DNA from: Octopus vulgaris
Taxonomy: Eukaryota
Direction: 5' to 3'
Assembly: GCA_951406725.2 (NCBI GenBank)
Contig: OX597819.1
Location: 25,234,001 to 25,298,000, forward strand
Length of the DNA stretch: 64,000 nt
How positions within the stretch are numbered: position 1 is the first letter of the stretch; each line of letters starts with the position of its first letter. The translations under genes and the position numbers were made by a program. Positions 14,637-27,273 of the stretch are shown piece after piece. The notes below the pieces were generated by a model. That model had not been told where the DNA came from. It searched no databases and saw nothing but the letters and a program-made list of their open reading frames with translations.

Positions 14637-14978
14637 GGAAACCGAACGAAAACAAACATGGAGGGTTATGCGACTCAATACTGTTTTCTCTCTTATCCTT
14701 TTCTCTAATTCTCTTTTCTCCACTTCACCGTTTTCTATCTGTCCCTCTCTTTTTCCCCTCTTTCTCCTTTTCTCTCTCGTTGCTCACACATAGCCATTGT
14801 CCATTTTTCTTTTCCTCCCGTGATCATCTGTCTTTTCTTTCAAGACTGTTCTAAGGACTAGACATATACTATCTCTTTTCTACCTTTTCCCTTGTCAAAG
14901 AAGATATTTCTCCAGCGTTCGCTATTTTACGCTCGTTCTTGTCTAACAGTCCACCATGTTTGTTTTCGTTTGGTTTCC
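14637..14978. mobile_element. Small element with about 28-bp inverted termini next to (TA)n
   Basis: GGAAACCGAACGAAAACAAACATGG ... CCATGTTTGTTTTCGTTTGGTTTCC. Confidence 0.55.
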
Positions 14979-15010
14979 TATATATATATGTGTATACACA
15001 TATATATGTA

Positions 15011-15051
<41 letters not shown>

Positions 15052-15609
15052 ATACATACATACATAGATACATACATGAATGTATGTATGTATATATGGA
15101 TATGCCTTGGTTTTGTCATATGGAAGAACAATATATTAAAACTTATAGAAATTCCTATTTCTGTGTGATACAGGATAATGGCGATGACAATATAACTGCG
15201 CTACTGCTGACACCTAAAACTGCCCAACTTAGAACGAAAATGAGAACTACCTGGACTCTAGTAAAAGAATTTCTGTGAGACAATTTTGTTAGACCCTTAT
15301 GGAACCAGTCTTCATTTCTTGACAAACACCATACAGTAATCAAGTTGTCTCTCGAATGTAATTCTATGAAGCTTTCACGAAACTCAGAGTCATGTGTCTT
15401 CATTTTATTAGTGTGATCATCCATAAATGATATTACACACCTATCCTTTTCCTTGTGGTTGAGTAGTCTATTTTTGGAATATGAATCACATCTGATCATG
15501 TATACACACACACACACATATGTATTTATGAATTTATCTGTGTGTATATCTAGATTTATATTTAGATATACATACGAGTGCGTGAGTTTATATATACATA
15601 CACACACAC

Positions 15610-15651
<42 letters not shown>

Positions 15652-15855
15652 GTGTATATATATATATGCATATATATATATATACATATATATATAACAC
15701 ACACACACACACACACAAATATATATACACACACACACACACACACATATGTATACAACCCTCCTTCTTTCCTTCTTTCCCGAGCGTCCAATAATACTAT
15801 ATTTGTTCTACGTCCTCGTGTTGTGTTTTTTTTTTGTGCTTTCTTGTTTGTATTA

Positions 15856-15891
<36 letters not shown>

Positions 15892-15957
15892 AAGCGACAA
15901 GTTCGCCAAGAGGTAAAGTTCCTTCTTTTTAGTGTTTCCAAGTCCAAATTGAGAAAT

Positions 15958-16020
15958 TTTGAGCTGACGAAAGAAATGCTGATTTTATTTGGCTAATCTT
16001 GAAACGTTGACGTACTCAAA
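15958..16020 (+). ncRNA. Type I hammerhead ribozyme-like motif (intronic, sense strand)
   Basis: TTTGAG-CTGACGA-AAGA...TCTT-GAAA-CGTTGACG-TA-CTCAAA: 6-bp stem I, intact core, GUA site. Confidence 0.7.
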
Positions 16021-16201
16021 CGATCTATGTACTTGTGATATTTTTCTGTATTTACCTCCAAACCTTCGTGAGCTGTCTGGAGTAAACATTATCTGAGAGA
16101 AATTTTCTTTAAGTAGTAGAAATGGCTAAAAAAATTTTTTTGGCTGCTATTTCTACTACGTCCAGTATGTGGCAAAGTAATTTATTTTACTAAGCCCTAA
16201 T

Positions 16202-16246
<45 letters not shown>

Positions 16247-16607
16247 CATACATGCATGTATACATACATACATATATATATATAAGTATATTGTGCTCAC
16301 ACACATTTTCTCTTTGTCATTCTGTAATTCTGTGTGTCTATCCTGCTTTCTCTTTCTCACTCACTTACTCACCCACTCACTCACTCTCTCACTCACTCAC
16401 ACACCCTATCTCTATGTATATGTATAGGGTGGGAGAGAGACAGAGAGAGGAAGAGATATTATAAAACTAAGATTAATTAAGTAATGCTGGTTTCAGAATA
16501 AGCAACACATACATTAACTATATTAAATATGAACTATCCCGCATCTGTCTAGCTATCTATTTGCATGTGTGTACGCATGTGCATATATGTATATGTATAT
16601 ATATCTA

Positions 16608-16638
<31 letters not shown>

Positions 16639-16658
16639 ATATATATATATATATATAT

Positions 16659-16735
<77 letters not shown>

Positions 16736-16857
16736 GTACACACACATATGTACATACATACACATACATAGATATATGTTTATTCATCTGTTTAAACACA
16801 CACACACACGTACACATGTTTGCATATGTAACTATATGAAACATATTTTCATTATAG

Positions 16858-17004
16858 ATTCTACAGGGAAAGTTCCGTGGTCCCTTTGGTCAGCTTGCCA
16901 AGCAGAAGGAATTCGTTATCGCTACAAAATCTGTGGGAAGAAGGCGAAACATTATGGACATTGTAATGGACATAATGTTGAAATTGTCCAGTGTTTTACA
17001 CCTG
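16858..17004 (+). CDS. SEMA5: Semaphorin-5-like gene, last (divergent) TSP1-like exon
   Basis: TTTTCATTATAG|AT acceptor (alternative CAG at 16866) and donor G|GTTAGT at 17005; phase 1-1, in frame with both neighbours. Encodes PWSLWSACQAEGIRYRYKICGKKAKHYGHCNGHNVEIVQC. Confidence 0.75.
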
Positions 17005-17022
17005 GTTAGTATAAGTATATAT

Positions 17023-17069
<47 letters not shown>

Positions 17070-17164
17070 TATATATGAGAGATAATGGTGTCATTGAGAC
17101 TCAAAGGTGTCAATGCTCTAATATCTACACAGCCTTGGTTTTTTATCTTATTACTCAAAAAATT

Positions 17165-17201
<37 letters not shown>

Positions 17202-17229
17202 GAGAAAGAAGCAACAAGAATGGATTAGT

Positions 17230-17320
17230 TTTTAGTACAATTGTTTCATTCAAAGACAGGCTTTATTACAAGTTGCAAAAATTGCAGCAGATAAAAGTGT
17301 CCCGTACTCATCAGCTAAAA
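17230..17320 (-). ncRNA. Type I hammerhead motif in a Penelope-like repeat (about 17201-17570), same family as 40557/41914
   Basis: Minus strand reads TTTTAG-CTGATGA-GTACGGGAC...GTCTTTGAAT-GAAA-CAATTG-TA-CTAAAA; stem II is decayed. Confidence 0.7.
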
Positions 17321-17884
17321 TACATATGAGTTCTCCAAACATCTTAGTGAGTGAGGCTATACTCATGAAGTATTGGAGATAATTTCATTTAAGGCAGATT
17401 TAGGTTGCAAGCAGATTTCCAAAGTTCCTTAATGATGATGCACAGACTTATCACAGGTTCTTAAAAGCTTATTAGCTTCACAGAGAAGATGAAGATGAAT
17501 TAATCCGTAGTGTAGATTTAAATTTCCAGAGATATGAGGAGGATGATGCACAGACTTATCACAGGTTTATATATATATATCAGGCACGAGTTAGTTGATA
17601 AGAAGACACACGTTGGACGAAGCGCGGGCAAACGGTGGGCGTAACTCGGACTCTCTCTATTGCATTGAGCAGTCGTAGTAGATCGGAGTTATCGAAAAGC
17701 CGTCGTCTCAGCGGCGGCGAGTTCGTCGAGTTTCTACAACTTCTACAAAGAACTACACAGATGATTTGCTTAGAGTGATTAAATGTTTGTGCTGTACATA
17801 AGCTAAATTCCTTCATTAAATTTACATTGCCTGCATAAATGCACAGCGTGGTATGGTAAGAACATTAGACTAATACCGAAAAAT

Positions 17885-18008
17885 ACTTTGGGAATGAGAA
17901 CCCAGGTTCGAAATTCCTTAAGACACCCGATGAAGTATGGAGAGTATATCTGCCCGAAACGTGTTAACAACAAACAAGATGAGGACAAATATCTGTCAAT
18001 TGTAAATA
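17885..18008 (+). mobile_element. Half copy of the 18935-19153 fold-back element with a decayed hammerhead
   Basis: Shares AACCCAGGTTCGAAATT..AAGACACCCGATGAAG..CCGAAACG..TTAACAACAAACAAGATGAGGACAAATATC. Confidence 0.75.
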
Positions 18009-18654
18009 AAAGGTTCTGAGTTAGGTGAAGAATAAATAATATAATATAATATATATATCAAGGGTTGAACTGATAGAATACAACGAGAAAATTTTAGACG
18101 AAAGCAGAGCAAACGGAAAGCTAGACAAAAACTTAACGGACGGGGAAAATAAGCAAAGGCACGAAACATGGAATATTCGCAGCTGAGTTTTCCTCGTCAG
18201 TCAATGAGCCAAAATATCATCGTAGTTTCGCCCCACTATCATTGAGACCACTCAATCTTGAAGGCGCCAGTGCCGTTAATAAGCTACTGGTAAAAAGCTA
18301 GCGAATGTATACTGAGACAGAAACAAACAAAACATTATATAAATGCAAAAGTTATATAAATACAATAGTTATGTTATATTATTCTGTTAAGAACTTAGTA
18401 GAGTACAGCATAAAGCTCGTCCACCTTCATATTTCACCCTGTGCTATCCAGCAGTAGTATTATACGTACTTCCAGATTTCCGTTTGAGCTTCTGTAGGTG
18501 TGAACAGATAACTGAAAAAAATTGAAGTCAAATTATTTCTACACAACATAGTTCTCCAGGCGTGTAGGTACATGTATGTGTATGTATTTGTATGTGTATT
18601 AGCGCACAGATTTATTTACATTTTCTGTAAATCTGTCTAATATATTTAAAAACG

Positions 18655-18852
18655 TAAGGCAGCGATCTGGACAAAATGCTTAGTAGCATCTCGTCCCGTT
18701 TTACATTCTGTGTTCAAATTCTGCCAAGGTAGACTCTATCCCTCATTCTTTCGGGTTCGACAAAGTAAGTACCTGTTAAGCACTGGGGTCAATGAAATCG
18801 GCTTACCCCTCCCCGAACTTGCTGGCCTTGTGCCCAAATTTAAAACCAATAT
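18655..18852 (+). mobile_element. SINE family B, degenerate
   Basis: AGGCAGCGATCTGG...GTTCAAATTCTGCC...TTTCGGG...AAGTACC...CACTGGGGTC. Confidence 0.7.
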
Positions 18853-18934
18853 ATTAAAAACGTACACACAAACATATATTTATATAAATATCTATATTTA
18901 AGAGATAAGGAATTATTACATTATATGCTTTATT

Positions 18935-19153
18935 TACATTATTTACATTCGACGGATATTTGTCCTCATCTTGTTTTGTTGTTAACACAACGTTTCGGCT
19001 GATATATCCTCCAGCCTTCTTCAGGTGTCTTGGGAAACCCAGGTTCGAAATTTCCCCAAGACACCCGTTGAAGGCTGGAGGGTATATCAGCCGAAACGTT
19101 GTGTTAACAACAAACAAGATGAGGACAAATATCCGTCGAATGTAAATAATGTA
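18935..19153. mobile_element. Fold-back element with two back-to-back hammerhead motifs
   Basis: About 100-bp near-perfect arms. Minus arm GACAC-CTGAAGA-A-GGCTG..CAGCC-GAAAC-GTT-GTGTT; the plus arm core reads CCGTTGA. Confidence 0.8.
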
Positions 19154-19377
19154 TATATTTATATATTTACATACATCAGGCTTCCGTCTCCTAAATCCAC
19201 TCACATGGCCTTGGTTGGCCTAAGCTGTAATAAAAGATTCTAGCCGATGGTGTCACGCAGTAGGATTGAACTGTGAACCATGTGGTTTGGGAGGCAAACA
19301 TTTTACCACACAACCACGCCTGTGCCTCAGTTTGGTTAATTATTTTTCATCCTGTCTTATTTTTATCTTTTTACCAG

Positions 19378-19775
19378 AATATGACACCAGTTATGTAACG
19401 AGCAGCCACTACCCATCCTTCGCACTGATCCACCTAATTGCCGTGGCTGTAATAGGTTTCACTATAGGAGCTCTATTGACCGGCACCATACTGCATCATA
19501 TCCACAAGTGCCAGACCAGTCGAAAAGTGCGCATTACCAAACAAAAGAACGAAAAAGCCCAATGTAATATCAATCACGCGCCTTTCACATTATCATCATC
19601 ATCGTTGTCACAAGCCAGTCTCGTCTATCTGAACAATGCCCCATCATGTCAACCCATAATGCTCCCGCCGCCGCCACCAATCTCCAATAATATCAATGAG
19701 CTGAACATCAATGAGTTTTCAACGCTGAAGAGAAACTGTGACCTGAGGACTAATTTGGCACTGAATGACCTTTGA
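19378..19775 (+). CDS. SEMA5: Semaphorin-5-like gene, terminal exon: transmembrane helix plus cytoplasmic tail
   Basis: Strong acceptor TTTTTATCTTTTTACCAG|AA, phase 1, stop TGA 19773-75. FALIHLIAVAVIGFTIGALLTGTIL...CQ and EFSTLKRN resemble vertebrate SEMA5B FNLIHLVATGISCFLGSGLL...CQ and EFKTLNKN (recalled, not searched). Confidence 0.8.
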
Positions 19776-19925
19776 TCACATGACTAAGTTGTGGTTATGG
19801 GGACAGTGGTAGCGATGGTAATGCTGTGTGTGTGTGTGTGTGATAGTGCCGTTGGTGTCGCGAATACAAAGATAATTGATATAACACAGGGAGAGTGAGT
19901 GAGCGATAGAGTGAGAGAAAGAGAA

Positions 19926-19995
<70 letters not shown>

Positions 19996-20679
19996 TAAAA
20001 CGAAAACGGGAGAGGGTGACTGAATTTGTAAAAGTATTTATATGAAATTAAATGAAAAATAAAGGAAAAAAAAAAAAAGGGAGAGAGAGGGAGAGAGAAT
20101 GGGTAGACAGAGACAAAGAAGGTAGAAAGAGTCGATAAAAGAGAAAAAGAAAACTAAGGGAGCACTTTTCATTGTATAATGCATTATATACATGAACACG
20201 GACAAATGTGTGTGTCTGTGTGTGTACGTGTGTTTGTGAGTATGTGTGTGTGTGTACGTGTGTTTGTGTGTGCGTGTGTATACTCTTCCAGCATGAAGTT
20301 GCATTGAACTCTTTTATGCTTTTGTATCACATGAGCAAAAACCACACACAGATACACACACGACCACACACACACACACACATACACACACACATACATA
20401 CATGCACACACATGCAGACGCGCACACATGCCTCACTCACATAATTTTGTGCATTTACTCAGTGTGTAAATTGATCACTACTTCAACAAGTGTAACGGAG
20501 TCCATGTTTCACTGACGAGGTCATTAGACCGAAACATTCCTAGAGTTATCTCCCATACCTGTCAGACGATATTAGTAATTTACTAAAATCGTATTTCTTT
20601 CGAATCAGCTCAATAATCCTCCACCCATTAAATATGTTTCTAATAACTTAACTACAAGTAACATTTTATTCTTTTAGCC

Positions 20680-20916
20680 GTTGCTTGTTTCAGTCATTGG
20701 ACTACGACTACAGCGGGGCGCCGTCTCAAAGCGTTTTAGTCCAAGATATTGACTCCTACTCCAGTATTTATCTTAAAGCCTGGTACATATAGTATTGGCC
20801 AGTTTTACCGAACCGCAAAGTTGGGGCAACTTAAACAAACCAACACCTGTTATCAACCAGAACAAACACATAGGTGCCATGCAGTGGGACTGAACCCACA
20901 AATGTATATAAACATG

Positions 20917-20991
<75 letters not shown>

Positions 20992-21220
20992 GTGTGTGTG
21001 TGTGTGTGTACGTATATATCTATGTGTGTATATATACGTATGTTTGTGTATGTGTACGTACGACGAGCATCTTTCAGTTTCCGTCTACTAAATCCACTCA
21101 CAAGACTTTGATCGAACCGGGGCTATAGTAGAAGACATTTGCCCCAGGTGCCACGCAGTGGAACTGAACCCAAGATCATATGATTAGGATGCAAGCTTCT
21201 AACTATATAGACATGCCCGC
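20680..21220 (-). mobile_element. SINE family A, degenerate and rearranged (another 5' fragment at about 19180-19322)
   Basis: Reverse-complement matches to the head and tail. Confidence 0.7.
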
Positions 21221-22274
21221 GCTTATAAATTTCAAACTGGAAGAAGCTGTTGTGGTATGGAGTAGAAGGACGGCGTATCTTTTTGGCTAAAACGCTGTCT
21301 TGTAGAGAGCGATGCTTCTGATGGCATCCAAATAAAATAAAAATAAAAACAAACATCTCTTCATTTAGTCCCATAATCAGAAAACATCTCTTTCCTACCC
21401 ATATGCAAACTAATACAGTTCTCTCACAGCTGTTTTGCTGTATCTTTCTACCCGTGTCTCTCTTTCCTTCTCTCCTCCATCTCTCTGTCTCTCCTTCACC
21501 TCCCTGACTTTCTCTCTCTTTCTGTTCCTCTCTCTGACGAAAGTTTCTTCTTGGAAAGTCAGTCTTTTTCTTTGCTGAAAGAGAAAATCAATCTATTCCT
21601 TTGAAGTGTTTATAATCTCTAATTACCGACACAGTCTATCACTGTTTACCTCCGATCTTACTGTTTACTTACTTGATATAATTTCACATCTCTCATACTT
21701 TCTGTCTCTCCGTATTATTGCATTAGTGTCCTGTTATTATTTGACAATCAAACAAAATCTTCATTAACTTTAATAAAAATCGTTGTCATTGAAAGCGAAA
21801 TGAAAGAAAAAAAAAATTAAAGAAAGAACATAAAATCCCACATCAGCGTCCCAAAATAATGGGAATAGGGAAAATAAATGCGTATGTAGAGAGTTAATCT
21901 ATGAATAAACTAAAACACACACAAATACAGCGCTATTAATAATTATCTATCTACCTATTCACTTAAATTCGCACGTGTGTACATGTATATGTGTGCGTGT
22001 GTGTGTGTGTGTTTAACTGGATGACAGAGTACTTAGCATCAGAAAGGGAGATAATGAACTCCTTCAAAGAATTTATGTTAATTAAGACAACAATTATAAA
22101 ACCAGAATTAGAATCTCAAAGAACGCTTGGATGAATAATTGTGGACTTTCGTCGGCATGAAACCTTAGGTTTTATGAGATTATTAAGATCCATTACAAAA
22201 ACCACACACACACTCATGCACATATATATATCTGTATCTATGTATGTGTGTACGTGTGTATGTATATGTATGTT

Positions 22275-22306
<32 letters not shown>

Positions 22307-22418
22307 TACACATATGTGTCTATGCATGTGTGTCTCTATGTGTATTTGAGAATAAACTGAAGTAATTTCTGAAATATTCTGTAACATGGAGATCTTTAGA
22401 AGCAAGATTCAACGTGTA

Positions 22419-22461
<43 letters not shown>

Positions 22462-23324
22462 AATAAAATATATGTATGTATGTGAATGTGCATGCGTTAA
22501 CAAATTGGGAAGCAAATATTGCGTCTTTGTTTGTGGCAATACTGTTTTCAGAGCTGTCTCCTGTATCAAGTAAGACGTTGGCGAAGTTAGACAAGATCCT
22601 TGTAGATAAGGAGCCAGAATGCAAGGCTTCAGATGGGAATAAATGTCAACTTACAGACTATATGATGCACAAGAGAAGGCATCTTTTCCTTTCTTGCCAC
22701 AAATTTGGTTGTGGATAGTCCTCTCAACATAAAAAAAAAAAAAAAAACAGAAATCAATATATGTGGGCGAAAATATCCAGAACAAATTTATGAAACCAAT
22801 TCTTTCAAGAAGAAATATTTCGTAATTATCTCCCTTGCCAACATTCATCTGAGAGAACATTTAACAGTAAAAAAACAATCAACAATAACAACAATCAATC
22901 GTACAAAGAAGACCTGCTATGTCTTTCTTTTATATAGTTTTTATTTTTTTTTTATAATATTTTTATAGTCATTTCGCCTTGGGCCACAACAGTTCGTTCA
23001 GTTGTACGTCGGCAATTTCCGGTATCTGGGTCCAAGTTCATTATAATGTTTATTTCCATGGACTTTTTCATATGACCCTCATTTGTTTCTTTTTTTTTTT
23101 TTAATAAATATCGTTTTTTTTTGCATTTGTTTTGTTGATTTGGTGATATAGGGCGAGAGCGATAGAAAACATTAGTTTTAAAACTGATGTTTAATCAACT
23201 CAAAGAAGCAACGTTGAGGTTGTTTAGTCTGACGCGTTTACTAGTCAGCCAGCACCCGGTGTCTGCTTAAGAAACCATTACATTTTGTATTATCTACATT
23301 GTTATAAAATTTATAAATACATAC

Positions 23325-23395
23325 ATAAATAAATAATAAATGAATAAATAAAAATATGTAATTAAATACACGTCTGTATTTATTTTATTTTTGCA
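23325..23395 (+). terminator. Candidate polyadenylation region of the SEMA5-like transcript
   Basis: Clustered AATAAA hexamers followed by a GT/T-rich stretch about 3.6 kb after the stop. The background is AT-rich, so this is weak. Confidence 0.3.
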
Positions 23396-23791
23396 TATCT
23401 TTTACTGATTTCAGTCATTGGAGAACAGCTATGCTAGTGAAGTCCTTTGATTCCTGTTTTACTCTACAGGACTCCCTATAGCCATTTGATGTTTAAATAG
23501 AATCCTACTGCATTTTTATAATTAAAGGAATTGTATAAAAGAATGGTTAAAATGTTTTGTGTTTGTAAGAAGTATTATTAATTTGATGCACATAACTTTT
23601 AACAACAAAATCTTATATGGACACCCAAGGATCATATGGACCCCAAAGGGTCATATGCCCTCCCCCCACCAAGGGCTATTTGGTCTCCAGTTGAGAACCA
23701 CTGGTTTCGACTATCCTATCGACCTATTACATATTTCAATCTGGTTCTTAGTTGATAGACTTCTGACAACCGGGCACAAGTCGACACTTGT

Positions 23792-23853
<62 letters not shown>

Positions 23854-23863
23854 GAGGGTGTGA

Positions 23864-24112
23864 TGAAGATGAATAAACTGTCGTCTAAATTACGCAAAAA
23901 TGAAAATAATACTGACGTCTTATTTTAACAAATATATTTACCAAAATTACATAAAAATATCTTGAAATTCTAATGAGTAAATTTATTCAATAAAACTGCC
24001 ATTGACTTCAACCACGGCCTCCAGACGACTTCGGAATCTCCTTCAAATCTTCTGGACCGTCTCCCTGTTTAAGTTGATGAATGCTGCCATAATCCTTGCC
24101 TTCAGTTCATCT
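23864..24112 (-). mobile_element. Tc1/mariner 3' fragment, same family as 400-1020
   Basis: Reverse complement of the 770-1020 region. Confidence 0.7.
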
Positions 24113-24351
24113 TAGCTTTATTTGCTTCGAGATTCGTTGTTCCAAATAGCTTTATTTGCTTCGAGATTCGTTGTTCCAAAATGAATTATTTCACTTTCAC
24201 GAAATTTCTAAATTCCTATGATATACCAACAATATATACCTTTTAGGAGTTCCGGTCATTTGAATTAAGATATGCTGGGATACCAACTAGAAGTGATTTT
24301 CTTTTAAGATCATCGTTTCCATCTTGTCTTTATTTCTATATACTCTTCACT

Positions 24352-24583
24352 CTCTTTTACTCTTTTACTTGTTTCAATCATTTGACTGCAGCCATGCTGG
24401 AGCACCGCCTTTAGTCGAGCAAATCGACCCCAGGACTTTATTCTTTGTAGGCCTAGTACTTATTCTATCGGTCTCTTTTGCCGAACCGCTAAGTTACGGG
24501 AACGTAAACACACCAGCATCGGTTGTCAAGCGATGTTGGGGGGGGGGGAAACACAGACACACAAACACACACACACACACACA

Positions 24584-24629
<46 letters not shown>

Positions 24630-24815
24630 CGCATACACACACATATATACATATATACGACGGACTTCTTTCAGTTTTCGTCTACCAAATCCACTCACAA
24701 GGCTTTGGTCGGTCCGAGGCTATAGTAGAAGACACTTGCCCAAAGTGCCACGCAGTGGGACTGAACCCGGAACCATGTGGTTGGTAAGCAAGCTACTTAC
24801 CACACAGCCACTCCT
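24352..24815 (-). mobile_element. SINE family A
   Basis: Full-length reverse copy with an internal (CA)n. Confidence 0.9.
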
Positions 24816-25532
24816 GAATATTGATAATTATTTTATCGATCATTTGTTCCAATAACTAAATTATACAACACCGATTTACACATACATACATACATACATA
24901 CATACATACATACATACATACATACATACATACATACATTTTCAAACATGCGTACACATAATGTAAGCAAATAGGCTTCAGCACAGTTTTGCTCACCCTA
25001 AGTATACATACAGAGAACATGATGTCGTGCAGTGGCATTGTATCTGAAAACCACAAGATTGCTTAAACACATCAATTAATTTATGTTCGTCGTAGCTTTT
25101 CTTGTAAGAATGAAAGGCAATACAGAATACAAATGAATAATGGGATGGAATGCAAAAGAAATAATGTAAATATTCTCTAGAATCTTCATATTTTGTTTTC
25201 TTTTCATATTCCTATATCGAAAAGAATGTATATATTACTAAAGCAGAGTTTAAATAATATGCACCTGCTCGTATCGTTTATCAATAACGTTTACTGATGC
25301 TACACACTCGCTTACACACATATATACACACACACAGCAGACACACGTATACTCTAACACGTTCACATTTTCACTCATGCCTACACATACACACACACAC
25401 ACACACACACATACATGTGCTCACACATTTTCTCAAGCACAAATATATGCACATACACAACTATTAAAATGTTTAACAAAAGCCATCTTAATACTGATGA
25501 ATATTCTTTGTACACATTGTCAACAATTATTG

Positions 25533-25941
25533 ACGTAGGAGTGGCTGTGTGGTAAGTAGCTTGCTTACCAACCACATGGTTCCAGGTTCAGTCCCACTGC
25601 GTGGCACCTTGGGCAAGTGTCTTCTACTATAGCCTTGAGCCGACCAAAGCCTTGCGAGTGGATTTGGTAGACGGAAACTGAAAGAAGCACGTCGTACATA
25701 TGTATAAATATATAAGTATGTGTTTGTATGTCTGTGTTTGTCCCCTCCCCAATATCACTTGACAACCGATGCTGGCGTGTTTACGTCCCCGTAACTTAGC
25801 GGTTCGGCGAATAAGTACCGATAGAATAAGTACTGGGCTTACAAAGAATAAGTTTTTGGGTCGATTTGCTCGACTAAAGGCGGTGCTCCAGCATGGCCAC
25901 AGTCAAATGACTGAAACAAGCAACAAGAGTAAAAGAGTAAA
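25533..25941 (+). mobile_element. SINE family A
   Basis: Full-length copy. Confidence 0.9.
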
Positions 25942-26009
25942 GCCACAAACGTACACATGACCGCCTATGATAACTGGTACTTATCAATTCCTGCAGCCTG
26001 TTCGAATTG

Positions 26010-26326
26010 TTACCGTAGCGGATAAAATGTTTAGCAGCATCTCTTTCGACTTTGATTCTTTCTGAGTTTAACTGCCACTAAGGTCGACTTTTGCCTTTCA
26101 TCCTTTCGGGGTCCATAAAATAAGTACCAGCTGAACACCGGAACTGATGTAATTGACCTCCTCCTCCTCCTCCTCCTCCTCCTACCTCAAAATTGCGGGC
26201 CTTGTGCTAAAATTAGAAAGAGCTATCGATTTCCCAAGGGACATGCAAAGCAATTTCAAACATGAGGAGATCGGGGCTGAAAGAGTAAAGAGACAATCAT
26301 ACACACACACACGCACGCGCGCACAC

Positions 26327-26362
<36 letters not shown>

Positions 26363-26700
26363 GTACCCGCCAACACGCCCGCCAGCACGCCGCACGCCCA
26401 CACGACTACCCACCCGCCCGACCGCCCACACGACCGCCTGACCGCTCGACCACCCACCCACACACACACACACACGCACACGAGCATACACATACATTGC
26501 TGCGTTACTTAATGTCGTATTTCGTCTACCGTTACGTTCCGAGTTCAAATTCTGCCGAGGTCGACTTTGCGTTTCATCCTTTCGGGGTCGATAAATTAAG
26601 TACCAGTTGCGCACTGGGGTCGATATAATCGACTTAAATTCGTTTGTCTGTTCTTGTTTGTCCCCTCTATGTTTAGCCCCTTGTGGGTAGTAAAGAAACA
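26010..26700 (+). mobile_element. Two SINE family B fragments (about 26010-26220 and 26505-26700)
   Basis: GTCGACTTTGCCTTTCATCCTTTCGGGGTCGATAAATTAAGTACCAG core. Confidence 0.75.
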
Positions 26701-26864
26701 TATATACTCTACGTTACTTAATGTCGCAGGAGCGATAAAAGTGTACGCAATACATATCACAGAGGATATAGTTTTTTTCGTAAATTATAACTGAAGCTGA
26801 GAGTTTACCTGATCCCACGCCCGCGCGCACACAAACACCCGCACGCACGCACGCACACACGCAG

Positions 26865-26902
<38 letters not shown>

Positions 26903-26980
26903 GCACACATAGCACCAAAATTGTGAAACCTTTGAAACGCGTACTCTATAGATGTGCGACCGATAGTGTTTACAATATTC

Positions 26981-27273
26981 GAGTTGCTTTTAATTCGAAA
27001 TTCAGCAACTTGGAAGCTTGGTTGGTTGGCCGGTTCGAGAATGGGAGTCTTGGTAGTCGGTCTTCTATGACAATTGAGTGTCCGCGCTAAGCTCGGCATC
27101 AATATGGTGCTGAAGAGGGAGCTCATCAGGACCAGGTTGTCTAAGGAGGGTCGCTTCGGCCCAGGGCGGATACGCAACAGGCAAAAGACTCTGTGTCGAG
27201 CTGTAGTGGGATCGCGCCTGTAAATAGTCGTCGGCTGGCAGCCTATCCGATATAATTGAACTCCAACCTTTTT
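26981..27273 (+). ncRNA. 7SL: 7SL (SRP) RNA-derived sequence, probably a pseudogene
   Basis: GTGTCCGCGCTAAGCTCGGCATCAATATGGTG, ACCAGGTTGTCTAAGGAGGG..GGCCCAGG.CGG and GTAGTGGGATCGCGCCTGT match the metazoan SRP S domain; ends in TTTTT. The helix 8 motif is altered and the 5' Alu domain is unclear. Confidence 0.88.

Noticed and set aside
15173-15278. Possible extra SEMA5 exon after TGATACAG
   Set aside because: The phase 1 reading hits an immediate stop, and the other frame checked has no TSP motif.
18190-18245. Minus-strand GAAAC...CTGACGA type II hammerhead
   Set aside because: No convincing stems could be formed.
21531-21563. Hammerhead motif (also 27461-27509 and 37493-37525)
   Set aside because: Stems or core are decayed; counted only as relics, not called as functional ribozymes.
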